A stretch of 64,000 nucleotides of DNA from an uncultured delta proteobacterium. GTDB taxonomy: Bacteria > Desulfobacterota > Desulfobacteria > Desulfobacterales > UBA2156. The position numbers were made by a program, and so were the translations under genes. The stretch spans positions 672,001 through 736,000 of the forward strand of contig CAVTQK010000015.1 in the NCBI GenBank assembly GCA_963736855.1, given 5' to 3'. Below the pieces are notes generated by a model, which worked only from the letters and a program-made list of their open reading frames with translations, had not been told where the DNA came from and did no database searches. How positions within the stretch are numbered: position 1 is the stretch's first letter; the number at the start of each line of letters is the position of its first letter. Positions 14,390 through 24,256 of this stretch are shown here, piece after piece.

Positions 14390-15282
14390 ATGCCGCCTCC
14401 TGTCATCACCCTGACCACTGATTTCGGACTTGCAGATGAGTTTGTAGGTGTCATGAAAGGGGTGATCCTCTCCCTTTGTCCGAGCGCTCAAATTGTGGAT
14501 ATCTCCCATCAGATTGAGCCTCAGGATGTCTTCCAGGCTGCTTTGACCCTAGAAGCCGCATACCCATATTTCCCAAAAGGATCCATTCATGTGGTGGTGG
14601 TGGATCCGGATGTGGGCAGTCATCGAAGGATCCTCGCCGCCGCGGCCGGTGGGTATCTTTTTTGGGTCCTGACAACGGGGTATTATGGCCGGTTTTGAGA
14701 AAGATGGATGTCAAGACACTGGTCTCGGTAAACGAAAGCGCCTTTTTCCTGACCCCTGTCAGTACTACTTTTCATGGGAGGGATATCTTTGCACCCGTAG
14801 CCGCTCACTTGGCCAAGGGAGTTCCCATTTTTTCATTGGGATCGCCTCTTCAACCCGAGGAGATACGGCACCTGGAAGCTTCCTTGCCCGTACTTGAGAA
14901 TCATTATTCCCTAAAAGGACAAGTCATCGGGGTGGATCGTTTCGGGAACCTGATCACCAATATCCGCCGGGAAGACCTGGAAGGAATCACCGCCGGACAC
15001 TCATGGCAGGATCTGCTCGTAACAATCAAAAAATGCCGGATCAACGGTCTTTCTAAAAGCTATCTGAGCGCGAAGCAGGATGCTTTGCTGGCTCTTTTCG
15101 GCAGTAGAGATCGGTTGGAGATTGCCCTTTGCTGCGGGAACGCTGCACAATATCTGAACGCCAAGAAGAAGGATCCGGTCAGGGTTTTATTTCCAAAAAG
15201 TTCGGTTACGCACTCATCCAACAAAAATCCACGAGAACAGGAAAGTGGTCGGAGGGGTAGCCGTCTTCGAAAGGTCCGGTAA
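14390..15282 (+). CDS. SAM hydroxide adenosyltransferase (DUF62, chlorinase/fluorinase family), split by an apparent 1-nt deletion near 14660
   Basis: ITLTTDFG and VVVVDP in the first frame; GPDNG, STTFHGRDIFAP and DRFGNLITN in the second; break lies in a T run. Confidence 0.92.
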
Positions 15283-15994
15283 TCACCTGGGAGTTTAGGG
15301 GCGCGATGTTTCCTCTGTAAAGGATCCAGTCGATGTGACCGATTTCCGTTTTTCCGGAAAATCCATGGAAAGTCGGAGGGTAGGGGGGACTGAAAGCGTT
15401 TTTAAAAATAGGGGTGTTTTCGTCGTCCGAAGCTTCGGGTTTGGTTAATATCGCATGACAGGGGGAATTCGGGGTGGTGTTAAAATCTCCCATCATGACA
15501 ATCGGGGAATCAACGGACTTGCCCTTTAATCGATTTTGAATAATATGCGCGCTTCGGTTCTGCACCGTGGAGTCGAAATCGAGATGGGTGGAGATGCACA
15601 CCAGGGAGCGTTTTTTTTGGCTGAAAGCGCCGAAGGTACATTGCCTGGGCCACCGGCTCTCCGGAAACCGGCTGGGGATATCCGGCGTATCGCTTAAGAA
15701 AAAGTGGTCGAACCATCGACAGGTCCACGAATCCGGGTAGAAAAGAACAGTGTTTTGCCAAAAAGGCGGCGCGGGGGTTCGCTTGCCGATATATCGGTGC
15801 TCCGGAAGGATTCGGCTCAAGAAGTCGATCTGAAACGCATTGGCTTCCTGGAATCCGATGAAATCAGGACGATACCTATTAAAAAGAGGAAGAAGGCGTT
15901 GCTTTCGGATTTCCCAGCGGTTTTCGCCATCGTCGGCCAGGCCGAATCGGAGGTTGAGGGACATGACGGAAAAATCGACGGCCGGGTTTTTCAT
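15206..15994 (-). CDS. Endonuclease/exonuclease/phosphatase family protein
   Basis: VMSLNLR, IGFQE, STHLD, MGDFN, IDWILY, PSDHFPV. Confidence 0.93.
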   Translation of the reverse strand: MKNPAVDFSVMSLNLRFGLADDGENRWEIRKQRLLPLFNRYRPDFIGFQEANAFQIDFLSRILPEHRYIGKRTPAPPFWQNTVLFYPDSWTCRWFDHFFLSDTPDIPSRFPESRWPRQCTFGAFSQKKRSLVCISTHLDFDSTVQNRSAHIIQNRLKGKSVDSPIVMMGDFNTTPNSPCHAILTKPEASDDENTPIFKNAFSPPYPPTFHGFSGKTEIGHIDWILYRGNIAPLNSQVITGPFEDGYPSDHFPVLVDFCWMSA

Positions 15995-16027
15995 GGGAGA
16001 TGTTTCCTTTCGACCATCAGTTATGCT

Positions 16028-16182
16028 TGATGGCTTCGTAAAAAGTCCATCTGCTGCGTTGCACTGCATCCTTCGTCATTGCGGCGTACCTATAAGTACG
16101 CCTCATTCCTCAGGATTTGCGCGCCTTGCATTTGAAGCTTTTTACTTTGCCATCCTAATCTTGAGTTTTTACAATTTCATCA
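16028..16182. repeat. Full-length 155-bp miniature inverted-repeat element with structured interior
   Basis: TGATGGCTTCGTAAAAAG...TTTTTACAATTTCATCA; near-identical to 26629-26783; flanks TGCT/TGCC. Confidence 0.9.
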
Positions 16183-16416
16183 TGCCTTACTGATTACATT
16201 ATCACAGACGCACCGGTCTTCAAACCGGTTTTTCGTCGGACAGGAACGCAGAAGCCCCTTGCCCTATAGATGCAAGCTGTCGATTTTACAGAAGACCTAT
16301 CATAAGTTCGGTTTACTGTTGAGACTCGGCGGTTTTTGGTGTAAAGCCCCTTGGCCGACTTAAAAGCAGGGAAAGAAGGGTTCAGGTTTTTAAGCGTCAA
16401 TAAGCGGAAGGTATAT

Positions 16417-17052
16417 ATGGAATCCGGATCGCAAATTGAAGTCAAACGACGCACACTAACGGATTGGGCAAAGCATGCCTCTAAGGGAATCCTGGAACCT
16501 TTAGCGTGGTTGCTGTTACGTCTTGGCCTGGAACCCAATTTCCTGTCTTTTATCGGGTTCCTCCTCGCTGTTGCGGCAGGGAGCCTAGCGGCTGTCGGTC
16601 TGTTTCCCCAAAGCGGCTGCATTTTTTTACTTTCCGGAATCGTAGATGCCTTGGATGGAACCCTGGCTCGAATCGGAAGACTTGAATCCCGCTTCGGGGC
16701 ATTTTTTGATTCCTTTTTGGACCGCTACTCGGAATCCGCGTTATTTTTTGGAATCGCATACTGGTCCACCTTCAAAGCCAGGCACGACCTGGTTCTTCTG
16801 GCGATCCTTTCATTGGTCGGTTCTTATATGGTCAGCTATGCCCGAGCTCGGGCGGAAGGGGTGGGGATCTCCTGCAGGATCGGTCTGTTTTCGCGCATGG
16901 AGCGGTTTATCATCCTGGTTCTGGCCCTTTTGTCCGGGCAGCTTTTTCTTGGGCTTATTTCTCTGGCGATTATGGCGAATGTCACCGCCTTCCAAAGGCT
17001 AGTCCATGTGGCCGGACAATCGCGAAGAAAACAAGATCTTCTAAAGTGGTAA
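16417..17052 (+). CDS. CDP-alcohol phosphatidyltransferase family protein
   Basis: PN.LS, DALDGTLAR...SRFGAFFDSFLDR, VSYARARAEG. Confidence 0.95.
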   Translation: MESGSQIEVKRRTLTDWAKHASKGILEPLAWLLLRLGLEPNFLSFIGFLLAVAAGSLAAVGLFPQSGCIFLLSGIVDALDGTLARIGRLESRFGAFFDSFLDRYSESALFFGIAYWSTFKARHDLVLLAILSLVGSYMVSYARARAEGVGISCRIGLFSRMERFIILVLALLSGQLFLGLISLAIMANVTAFQRLVHVAGQSRRKQDLLKW

Positions 17053-17079
17053 TCCGTATGCCGACAGGTCATTTTTTTA

Positions 17080-17108
17080 TTGACAGATTCATGCTGTTAA
17101 AATATTCT
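17080..17108 (+). promoter_or_regulatory. Sigma70-type promoter of rplM-rpsI
   Basis: TTGACA-17 nt-TATTCT. Confidence 0.6.
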
Positions 17109-17169
17109 TTCAGGATTATAGCTCTAAAAGAAATGTCATTTTTTTATTTTTAATGAAGGAGCATTCAGG

Positions 17170-17610
17170 GTGAAAGGCTACACAATAAGCGCAAAAAAAA
17201 TTGAGAATCCGGAAAAATGGTACGTCGTAGACGCCAGCGGTATGGTTCTTGGAAGGTTGGCATCTGTGGTTGCATCCCGTCTCCGGGGAAAACATAATCC
17301 GCTTTTTACACCCCATGTCGATATGGGTGACTACATGATCGTGATCAACGCTGAAAAGATCGTACTGACCGGTAAAAAGCTTACCGACAAGCGATATTAC
17401 CGGCATAGCGGGTATATCGGGGGACTTAAGACCGCCACCGCGAAAAATATATCGGAGAAACGACCTGAAAATCTTATCCGATTCGCCGTGAAAGGGATGC
17501 TGCCCAAGAATCGATTGGGAAGACAGCTGTTTAAGAAGCTGAAAGTTTATACCGGCGGGGAACATCCCCATGCGGCCCAGCAACCGGAAGCACTTGCTAT
17601 TAAGAGCTAA
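17170..17610 (+). CDS. rplM: 50S ribosomal protein L13
   Basis: [36 protein letters not shown]. Confidence 0.99.
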   Translation: MKGYTISAKKIENPEKWYVVDASGMVLGRLASVVASRLRGKHNPLFTPHVDMGDYMIVINAEKIVLTGKKLTDKRYYRHSGYIGGLKTATAKNISEKRPENLIRFAVKGMLPKNRLGRQLFKKLKVYTGGEHPHAAQQPEALAIKS

Positions 17611-17719
17611 ACGAAACACAGTCGGTCGGTGATAAACTCGGTTTTCGGAAGTCGGCGAAACGCCTGACGGATACCGACCCAAAATGATCCAAACGTCAAT
17701 AAACAATCAAGGAAGGCAT

Positions 17720-18115
17720 ATGGAACAAGAGAAGGTATTTTACGCCACCGGAAAACGAAAGACTGCTATCGCCAGAACTTGGATGCGTCCGGGTAACGGT
17801 CAAATCCTGATTAACGGGATGAATCTGGACGATTACTTTCCGGCCGGATCGGCTAAGATTACGCTAACCAAACCATTGATTTTGACCAATACCCGCGGAT
17901 CCTTTGATATTCAGATCCGCGTTAAAGGCGGGGGCATTTCTGGCCAGGCAGAGGCCATTCGTCATGGAATCACACGGGCTCTTATCCAGGCGGAACCGGA
18001 GTTACGGTCGCCGCTGAAAAAAGCCGGTTTTGTGCGCAGGGACCCACGAATCAAAGAGCGGAAGAAATACGGCCAGAGGGGTGCCAGGGCTCGTTTCCAG
18101 TTCTCGAAACGATAA
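17720..18115 (+). CDS. rpsI: 30S ribosomal protein S9
   Basis: ATGKRKTAIAR, GGGISGQA, RDPRIKERKKYG, QFSKR. Confidence 0.99.
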   Translation: MEQEKVFYATGKRKTAIARTWMRPGNGQILINGMNLDDYFPAGSAKITLTKPLILTNTRGSFDIQIRVKGGGISGQAEAIRHGITRALIQAEPELRSPLKKAGFVRRDPRIKERKKYGQRGARARFQFSKR

Positions 18116-18133
18116 TATTTTCCATTGATCTGC

Positions 18134-18166
18134 AAAAGGGGACCCGGACCTTCCGGGTCCCCTTTT
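18134..18166. terminator. Bidirectional intrinsic terminator between convergent rpsI and the crotonase gene
   Basis: AAAAGGGGACCCGGA-CCT-TCCGGGTCCCCTTTT. Confidence 0.92.
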
Positions 18167-18942
18167 TATTTATCCTTCCAGATCGGCGGGCGTTTTTCCA
18201 AAAAGGCACGCATTCCTTCCTGGGCGTCTTCGGCCAGGCAGTTCATCGCGATGGTCTCCTTGGCGTCATCGTAAGCTGTGGCTTCAGGCATGTCCATCTG
18301 CCGATAGAAGGCCTTTTTTCCGAATGAAAGTGTAAATCGACTGAATTGGGCGATTTCCATGGCAAAAGCACGGGTTTCTGTTTCAAGGGCTTCGGGAGCG
18401 GTTACGCGATTCACCAGCCCGAACGTTTTTGCTTCCTCGGCAGAAATAAAACGGCCGGTCAAAAGCATATCCAGGGTCCGGCGCCTTCCGATTACTCGCG
18501 CCAGCGGAACCATCGGGGTCGAGCAGAAGAGGCCGATTTTAACACCCGGGGTGGCGAAACGGGCACCGGATTCCGCCACTGACAGATCGCATGCAGCTAC
18601 CAGTTGACATCCGGCCGCTGTGGCGATGCCGTGAACCTGTGCGATGATCGGTTGCGGAAGGCGCTGAAGGCCCTCCATCAGTAGGGTACATTCCTGGAAT
18701 ATGGCTCGAAAATGGTGGAGATCATAGTCTGTTCCCACCAATTCCTTGAGGTCATGCCCGGCGCAGAAAGCCGGCCCGTTTCCCTTTACGACAGCGACTC
18801 GAATCGCTTCGTCGGTTTCGATCCGCTCCAGTGTCTTTCTGAAAGCCTTCATAAGCTCCATGGAAAGGGCGTTTCTTTTCCCCGGGCGGTTCAGAGTGAT
18901 CCATGCCACGGGACCTTCTTTTTTCAGCAACACGGCATCCAT
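18166..18942 (-). CDS. Enoyl-CoA hydratase/isomerase family protein
   Basis: ITLNRPGKRNALS, FCAGHDL, ATAAGCQLVAACD, EGMRAFLEKRPP. Confidence 0.96.
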   Translation of the reverse strand: MDAVLLKKEGPVAWITLNRPGKRNALSMELMKAFRKTLERIETDEAIRVAVVKGNGPAFCAGHDLKELVGTDYDLHHFRAIFQECTLLMEGLQRLPQPIIAQVHGIATAAGCQLVAACDLSVAESGARFATPGVKIGLFCSTPMVPLARVIGRRRTLDMLLTGRFISAEEAKTFGLVNRVTAPEALETETRAFAMEIAQFSRFTLSFGKKAFYRQMDMPEATAYDDAKETIAMNCLAEDAQEGMRAFLEKRPPIWKDK

Positions 18943-18959
18943 CGGCTATCCTCCAAGTT

Positions 18960-19176
18960 TAATGAAATCGTAAAAACTCAAAATTGATGAAATCGTAAAA
19001 AGCCCGATTTTTCTCGCGCCGCAAGTCTTTTCGGAAGATCCAAAGGGTTTCGTTAAATCTCAAGAACTCGGCACAAGTGCCTCAAACAGCTTGAGATTTT
19101 TAACGCTCAACCCTTTGCCTCTCTTTTTCCGAAAAGACTTGAATGGCGCTCACAAAACCTTTTTACGAAGTCATTA
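18960..19176. repeat. Miniature inverted-repeat element, second interior type, 4-bp duplication AGTT
   Basis: Two tandem T(A/G)ATGAAATCGTAAAAA motifs at left, inverted TTTTTACGAAGTCATTA at right; interior matches 53235-53345. Confidence 0.85.
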
Positions 19177-19206
19177 AGTTTAATCGAATATTTCAAGACA
19201 CCAGAA

Positions 19207-20406
19207 TCATAAGACAATGACATCTTCTTTAAACCGGGTGAGCGGCTCAAGACCATTTTTTGCAACCACGTAAGTGTTTTCGATTCCGACAACCCCTTGG
19301 CCCGGAATGACCAACTTCGGTTCCAAAGCCAGGGTCATCCCCGCTTGGAGGGGCCGGGTTTGCCCCTTTGCCAAGAAAGGGTATTCATCCAGCTCCAGTC
19401 CCACCCCGTGCCCGACAAAATGGATCCGGCGATCGTCGGCTCCCATGAATCGGTCTGCAATACCGTATCGGCGGGCAAAGGTGATGGCGTGCTCCCAGAT
19501 TTCACCGGCCGAAACGGACGGTTTTGCAATCTGCTCGATTTCGGAGGAAAGCTCCAGCATCATCCTGTGGCTGTCGTGTAACGCAACGGGTAACCGGCCC
19601 AGAGAAAAGATCCTGGCGTGGTCTGCCAAATATCCATTATAGGCGAAGACATAATCCACTAGGACAGGCTCGTGGCGCTGGATTTTCCGAAAACCGGACC
19701 CCTGAGCCACAGCCTGACTGAGGCCCTCTCCTCCGGTGGGTGAAGAGAGATAGCTGGGTATAGCTGCTGCAGGACCCGACAGAAGATGCCCGTAAAAAAT
19801 CTCGCTCCCCCACAGGCGCATGCGGATGATTCCCTGGTGCCCCAGTCTCCGTGCATAAGCTTCTACCATTCCAGCCAGCTCCACTTCTGTCATCCCTTCC
19901 CGAAGGAAATTGACGACGCTTGCCGAAACCTCGTCGGCTAGCTCTGCGGATCGGCGGATCATGCCGATTTCGTATTCGGATTTAACCGAACGGATACTTC
20001 GGATGGCGGAAGACACATCCGTCAGGACTGTTTTTTCAAAGGTGCGCTGATGGTTCAAGTACAGGTTGGCCGGGATCACATCGAGTTCCAGACCGAGAAC
20101 CTTCGGGGTTGAAAAGCCGAACGCCTTCAGGATCTCGGGAATCTCTTTCGGATTGTTTAACGGCACGATCGTGCCGATGTTGGACTCTGATGCGGCTCGG
20201 CTCAGGTTTTTATGAATCATCAGCACCGGGTCTCCTTGGGCAGGAACAAAGAGGTGTCCATTTTGTACGGTACCGGAAAAATAGTAGAGGTCCGTCTTTT
20301 GAACGATCAGCACGCCGTCTATCTCGGATTCCCGTAGATATGATTGAAGGTGATCGATACGTTGATGAATTTCAGTTGCAGGTGGCTTTGCTAAAGATGA
20401 ATGCAA
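19207..20406 (-). CDS. Xaa-Pro peptidase (M24 family)
   Basis: Creatinase-like N-domain; metal ligands in VDY, LADH, GHGVGLELDE, LEP, GIEN. Confidence 0.95.
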   Translation of the reverse strand: MHSSLAKPPATEIHQRIDHLQSYLRESEIDGVLIVQKTDLYYFSGTVQNGHLFVPAQGDPVLMIHKNLSRAASESNIGTIVPLNNPKEIPEILKAFGFSTPKVLGLELDVIPANLYLNHQRTFEKTVLTDVSSAIRSIRSVKSEYEIGMIRRSAELADEVSASVVNFLREGMTEVELAGMVEAYARRLGHQGIIRMRLWGSEIFYGHLLSGPAAAIPSYLSSPTGGEGLSQAVAQGSGFRKIQRHEPVLVDYVFAYNGYLADHARIFSLGRLPVALHDSHRMMLELSSEIEQIAKPSVSAGEIWEHAITFARRYGIADRFMGADDRRIHFVGHGVGLELDEYPFLAKGQTRPLQAGMTLALEPKLVIPGQGVVGIENTYVVAKNGLEPLTRFKEDVIVL

Positions 20407-20567
20407 AGAGTATCCTTCCGGTTGATATCAGAGTGGTCGCAAGTAATTTTTCACCTTTATAGATCAAGCCTATTGCGCAGAGTCAAGGAAATTGGGATCG
20501 TTGAAAGCGGTTCCTTGAAAAGAGTTCGGTTCTGATATAAATAGAACCGGATAGGAGCCTTTTTCAT

Positions 20568-21614
20568 ATGGAGCGGATGGAGTATTTCATCAGGCGGATT
20601 TTGTTGGTTGTTCCCACATTTATCGGGATTACCGTCTTGTGTTTCGGCCTCATCCAGTTTGTCCCCGGAGGTCCCGTGGAGCAGGCAATCATGCAGATGA
20701 AAGGGATCGGCTCTGGGGAAGGGGCCGGTAGGGCGTCCGGGTTTCAGGTCTCCATCTCCGAAGAACAGCGGAAGGCCCTGGAGGTGCATTTCGGCTTTGA
20801 CCGGCCGTTTTACAAGCGCTACTGGAAATGGCTGGTTAAGGATCGGCTTGGAATGAGGATGGAATCCTATAAGTTTCCCAACAAGACCGCCTGGCAGCTG
20901 ATCTTCGAACGGTTTCAGGTTTCTCTGATTTTCGGCATCACCGGTTTCGTCCTTTCCTATCTGGTCTGCATCCCTTTGGGAATCTATAAGGCCCTCAAGC
21001 ACCAGAAGAGTTTTGATTTCCTATCTAGTGTGGCGGTGTTTGTGGGATATGCCATCCCTCCCTTTGCCTTTGGAATGGTCCTGAAGATGTTTTTTTGCGG
21101 AACGGTGGAAGCCTTTTGGGACTTCTTCCCGGTGACGGGATTCTACTCGGACGGCTTCGAGAGCCTATCGGTGTGGGGGAAAACGATGGATATTGCATGG
21201 CACATGGCCCTCCCCGTCCTTTGCTATGTCGTCGGAAATTTTGCGATCCTGACACTCTTGATGAAGAATTCCCTTCTGGAACAGATCGGCAAAGATTACA
21301 TTCGGACCGTCCTGGCAAAGGGAGGGGGCTTCTCCAGGGCGGTTTGGGGGCACGCCTTCCGCAACTCCCTGATCCCCATCGCCACCGGTTTCGGCTCCAT
21401 TTTGACCGTCATGTTTGCCGGATCGGTAATTATAGAGCAGGTCTTTGAAATTCCAGGGATGGGGCGTTTGAGCCTGGAGGCCATCGTGGGCCGGGACTAC
21501 CCGGTTTTCATGGGGATCCTTTCCCTGACCTCTATTTTAGGGCTTGTCGGAAATATTCTGTCGGATTTTACTTATGTGCTTATCGACCCGAGAATTCATT
21601 TCCAGGGAAACTGA
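20568..21614 (+). CDS. Peptide ABC transporter permease (YejB/OppB-like)
   Basis: IQFVPGGPVEQ, DYIRTVLAKG, HAFRNSL, RDYPV. Confidence 0.95.
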   Translation: MERMEYFIRRILLVVPTFIGITVLCFGLIQFVPGGPVEQAIMQMKGIGSGEGAGRASGFQVSISEEQRKALEVHFGFDRPFYKRYWKWLVKDRLGMRMESYKFPNKTAWQLIFERFQVSLIFGITGFVLSYLVCIPLGIYKALKHQKSFDFLSSVAVFVGYAIPPFAFGMVLKMFFCGTVEAFWDFFPVTGFYSDGFESLSVWGKTMDIAWHMALPVLCYVVGNFAILTLLMKNSLLEQIGKDYIRTVLAKGGGFSRAVWGHAFRNSLIPIATGFGSILTVMFAGSVIIEQVFEIPGMGRLSLEAIVGRDYPVFMGILSLTSILGLVGNILSDFTYVLIDPRIHFQGN

Positions 21615-21677
21615 TAGGCCTTGAAGTCCATGATTCACAATACCTAATACCTGATCGCTCTAACCTGAGTTCGAATC

Positions 21678-23282
21678 ATGCCCATCCTTCTTAAAAACCC
21701 CATTACCCGGAAAAGACTGGCCCGCTTCAAAGAGGTCAGACATGCGTGGGCCTCCATGTGGATCCTCATTGGGCTTTACCTGATCAGTCTTTGCGCGGAG
21801 TTGATCTCCAACGGCAATCCCCTGTATATTCGCTTCAAAGGGCACTCCTATTTTCCGGCATTTTTCTTTTATTCGGAAGAGACTTTCATTGAAGGGGGAA
21901 GAAAAACCCGTCCGGACTATAAGGCCATCAGCGCCATGGAGATGTTCATGAAAGATCCTGCCAACAGGATGGTTTTTTCTCCAATTTCTTTTGGACCCTT
22001 TGAAAGCATTGATCCGGCATCGATACCGGTATCCGAAGATGTCGTGGTCCTGCTGACCCCCATTCAGGCCGTTGGATCGGTCAACGTCGATAAAGCCTTT
22101 TCCATCGTCAGTTCCCTGTCGTTTGCTCCCTTTACAGGAGAAGGGGAGGGCCGCCTCTTAGGAAAAGATTTAAGGCTGATCTTTCATCTTTCCCCTGACA
22201 TCGTCGCGGCGATAAAGGCACGGTTTACCAATGCGTCCGCCCCTCCCTTTGCCGAGGAAGTCGAAGGCAAAAACGACTCAAGGGTGCGGGTGTATCTTTC
22301 CACCTTCACTCCTCGTGATGTTCCTCCGGAAAGCGTCCGGCTGACCTTCAGAGAAACGGAGGTTCCGGACGCGATGGAGAAGATGCAGACCGTTTTCAGC
22401 CGCCAGGACGACGCAATAAAAGCCGGTGAAAAGCGGTTTCCGATGATACAATCCCTTTCGCCCGAAGACCGTCGCATGATTTTCGAGCAAGTTGAAAACC
22501 GGTTTCGGGGTCCTGTGGAGCCGTTCTTTTTGACCCATCAAAATCGCCGTTTCCAGGTGGAGTTATTAAAAGAAGAGGTGCGCTTTCCCTATCCGCCGAC
22601 TAAGGGACATTGGATGGGAATCGATGCCGCCGGAAGGGATGTCCTGGCAAGGATCCTTTATGGATTAAGGACTTCGCTGACGTTCGGCCTGTTGCTGGTG
22701 GCCGGATCCATGGCCCTGGGAATTTTTGCCGGCGCGATCCAGGGTTACTACGGGGGCCTGCTCGACATCACCGCCCAGAGGTTTATCGAAATATGGAGCG
22801 CTCTGCCGTTTTTATACATCATGATCCTAATGGGGTCCGTGTACGGCAGGAGTTTCTCCTTGCTGCTTTTTTGTTACGGACTATTCAACTGGATCGGGAT
22901 TTCCTATTACGCCCGGGGGGAGTTTTTAAGGCTCAGGCGACAGGCCTTTGTGGAGGCGGCCCGGTGTATGGGGATATCCACGCCTAAAATTCTGTTTCGG
23001 CATATCCTTCCCAATGCCCTGGTACCTGTCATTACCTTTTTCCCCTTTTCATTGGTGGGAGCCATTGGCTCCCTCGCTGCCCTGGATTATCTCGGTTTTG
23101 GACTTCCCCCCCCCACACCGAGTTGGGGGGAACTTCTGTTTCAGGCCCAGCAATATCGATGGGCGTGGTGGCTGATTCTGTATCCCTCCGGGGCCTTGTT
23201 TATAGTAATGCTGCTGGGCGTATTCATCGGGGAAGGGGTCCGAAACGCCTATGACCCGAAGCGGTATGCCCGGATGGAGTAA
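21678..23282 (+). CDS. Peptide ABC transporter permease (YejE/OppC-like) with enlarged periplasmic region
   Basis: HWMGIDAAGRDVLARILYG, FVEAAR, HILPNA, PSWGELL. Confidence 0.93.
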   Translation: MPILLKNPITRKRLARFKEVRHAWASMWILIGLYLISLCAELISNGNPLYIRFKGHSYFPAFFFYSEETFIEGGRKTRPDYKAISAMEMFMKDPANRMVFSPISFGPFESIDPASIPVSEDVVVLLTPIQAVGSVNVDKAFSIVSSLSFAPFTGEGEGRLLGKDLRLIFHLSPDIVAAIKARFTNASAPPFAEEVEGKNDSRVRVYLSTFTPRDVPPESVRLTFRETEVPDAMEKMQTVFSRQDDAIKAGEKRFPMIQSLSPEDRRMIFEQVENRFRGPVEPFFLTHQNRRFQVELLKEEVRFPYPPTKGHWMGIDAAGRDVLARILYGLRTSLTFGLLLVAGSMALGIFAGAIQGYYGGLLDITAQRFIEIWSALPFLYIMILMGSVYGRSFSLLLFCYGLFNWIGISYYARGEFLRLRRQAFVEAARCMGISTPKILFRHILPNALVPVITFFPFSLVGAIGSLAALDYLGFGLPPPTPSWGELLFQAQQYRWAWWLILYPSGALFIVMLLGVFIGEGVRNAYDPKRYARME

Positions 23283-23284
23283 TT

Positions 23285-24253
23285 ATGAAACCTCTGCTGC
23301 AGGTCAAAGGGCTCTCCGTATCGTTTACCACAGACGAGGCTGCCTTTAGAGTAGTAGATGATGTTACTTTTCATGTTTCGGCCGGTGAGATCGTGGGTCT
23401 GGTGGGGGAGTCCGGGTGCGGCAAATCGGTGACGGCGCTAAGCGTTCTCAGGCTCATCCCGTCCCCTCCGGGAAAAATCGAATCCGGACAGATTCTATTT
23501 AAGGGAGAAGACCTCCTCAAGGTCGGCGTTGCCCGGATGCAAAATTTAAGGGGAAAAGAAATCAGTATGATTTTTCAGGAGCCCATGTCGGCCCTTTCGC
23601 CCTTGCATCGGATCGGATACCAGCTGGTCGAGGCGGTCTCGCTGCACCGGGCGCTTTCGAAAAAAGAGGCCTGGAATCTGGCAGAAAGCTGCTTGAAAAA
23701 AGTGAGCCTCCCGGATGCCGGTCAGAAAATGTTTGCCTATCCCTACCAGCTTTCCGGAGGGATGCAACAACGGGTGATGATCGCCATGGCCCTGCTTCTA
23801 GAGCCGGATCTCGTCATTGCCGACGAACCCACTACGGCACTGGACGTTACGGTTCAGGCACAGATATTCGAACTTTTACAGGAAATGCGGAAGGAACACA
23901 CCGCCGTGCTCCTCATTACCCATGATATGGGGGTCATCTGGGAAATGTGTGATCGGGTCATCGTCATGTACGCTGCCCGGGTGGTGGAAGAAGCTCGCAG
24001 AGATACCCTTTTTCAAAGTCCGGCCCATCCTTACACCCAGGGCCTCTTGGCATCCAGCCCGAAACCGGTGCGTAATAAAACCCGGCTTAAGGCTATCCCC
24101 GGACAGGTGCCTTCACCGGTACATTACCTTTCCGGTTGTCGTTTCCGGGACCGATGTGCCCATGCCCATGGACGTTGTGAAAGGGAAATACCGGAATGGG
24201 CGGACTTGGGAGACGGGCACCGGGCCGCCTGTTTCCTGCTTACAAGAGGATAA
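23285..24253 (+). CDS. Peptide ABC transporter ATPase (OppD-like)
   Basis: [25 protein letters not shown], Cys-rich C-terminal domain. Confidence 0.97.
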   Translation: MKPLLQVKGLSVSFTTDEAAFRVVDDVTFHVSAGEIVGLVGESGCGKSVTALSVLRLIPSPPGKIESGQILFKGEDLLKVGVARMQNLRGKEISMIFQEPMSALSPLHRIGYQLVEAVSLHRALSKKEAWNLAESCLKKVSLPDAGQKMFAYPYQLSGGMQQRVMIAMALLLEPDLVIADEPTTALDVTVQAQIFELLQEMRKEHTAVLLITHDMGVIWEMCDRVIVMYAARVVEEARRDTLFQSPAHPYTQGLLASSPKPVRNKTRLKAIPGQVPSPVHYLSGCRFRDRCAHAHGRCEREIPEWADLGDGHRAACFLLTRG

Positions 24254-24256
24254 CCT

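Noticed and set aside
14655..14665. Phase variation in the DUF62 gene, and likewise in the kinase near 28572
   Set aside because: Runs are only 6-7 nt and each is one base short, the usual homopolymer error pattern; raw reads would be needed to claim more
15995..16193. ORFs and N-terminal extensions running through the repeat elements (also 53423-53614)
   Set aside because: They translate the repeat itself and are most likely spurious
17640..17680. Hammerhead ribozyme suggested by GAAA and CTGA words in the rplM-rpsI spacer
   Set aside because: Order and spacing do not fit the core, and CUGANGA is not matched
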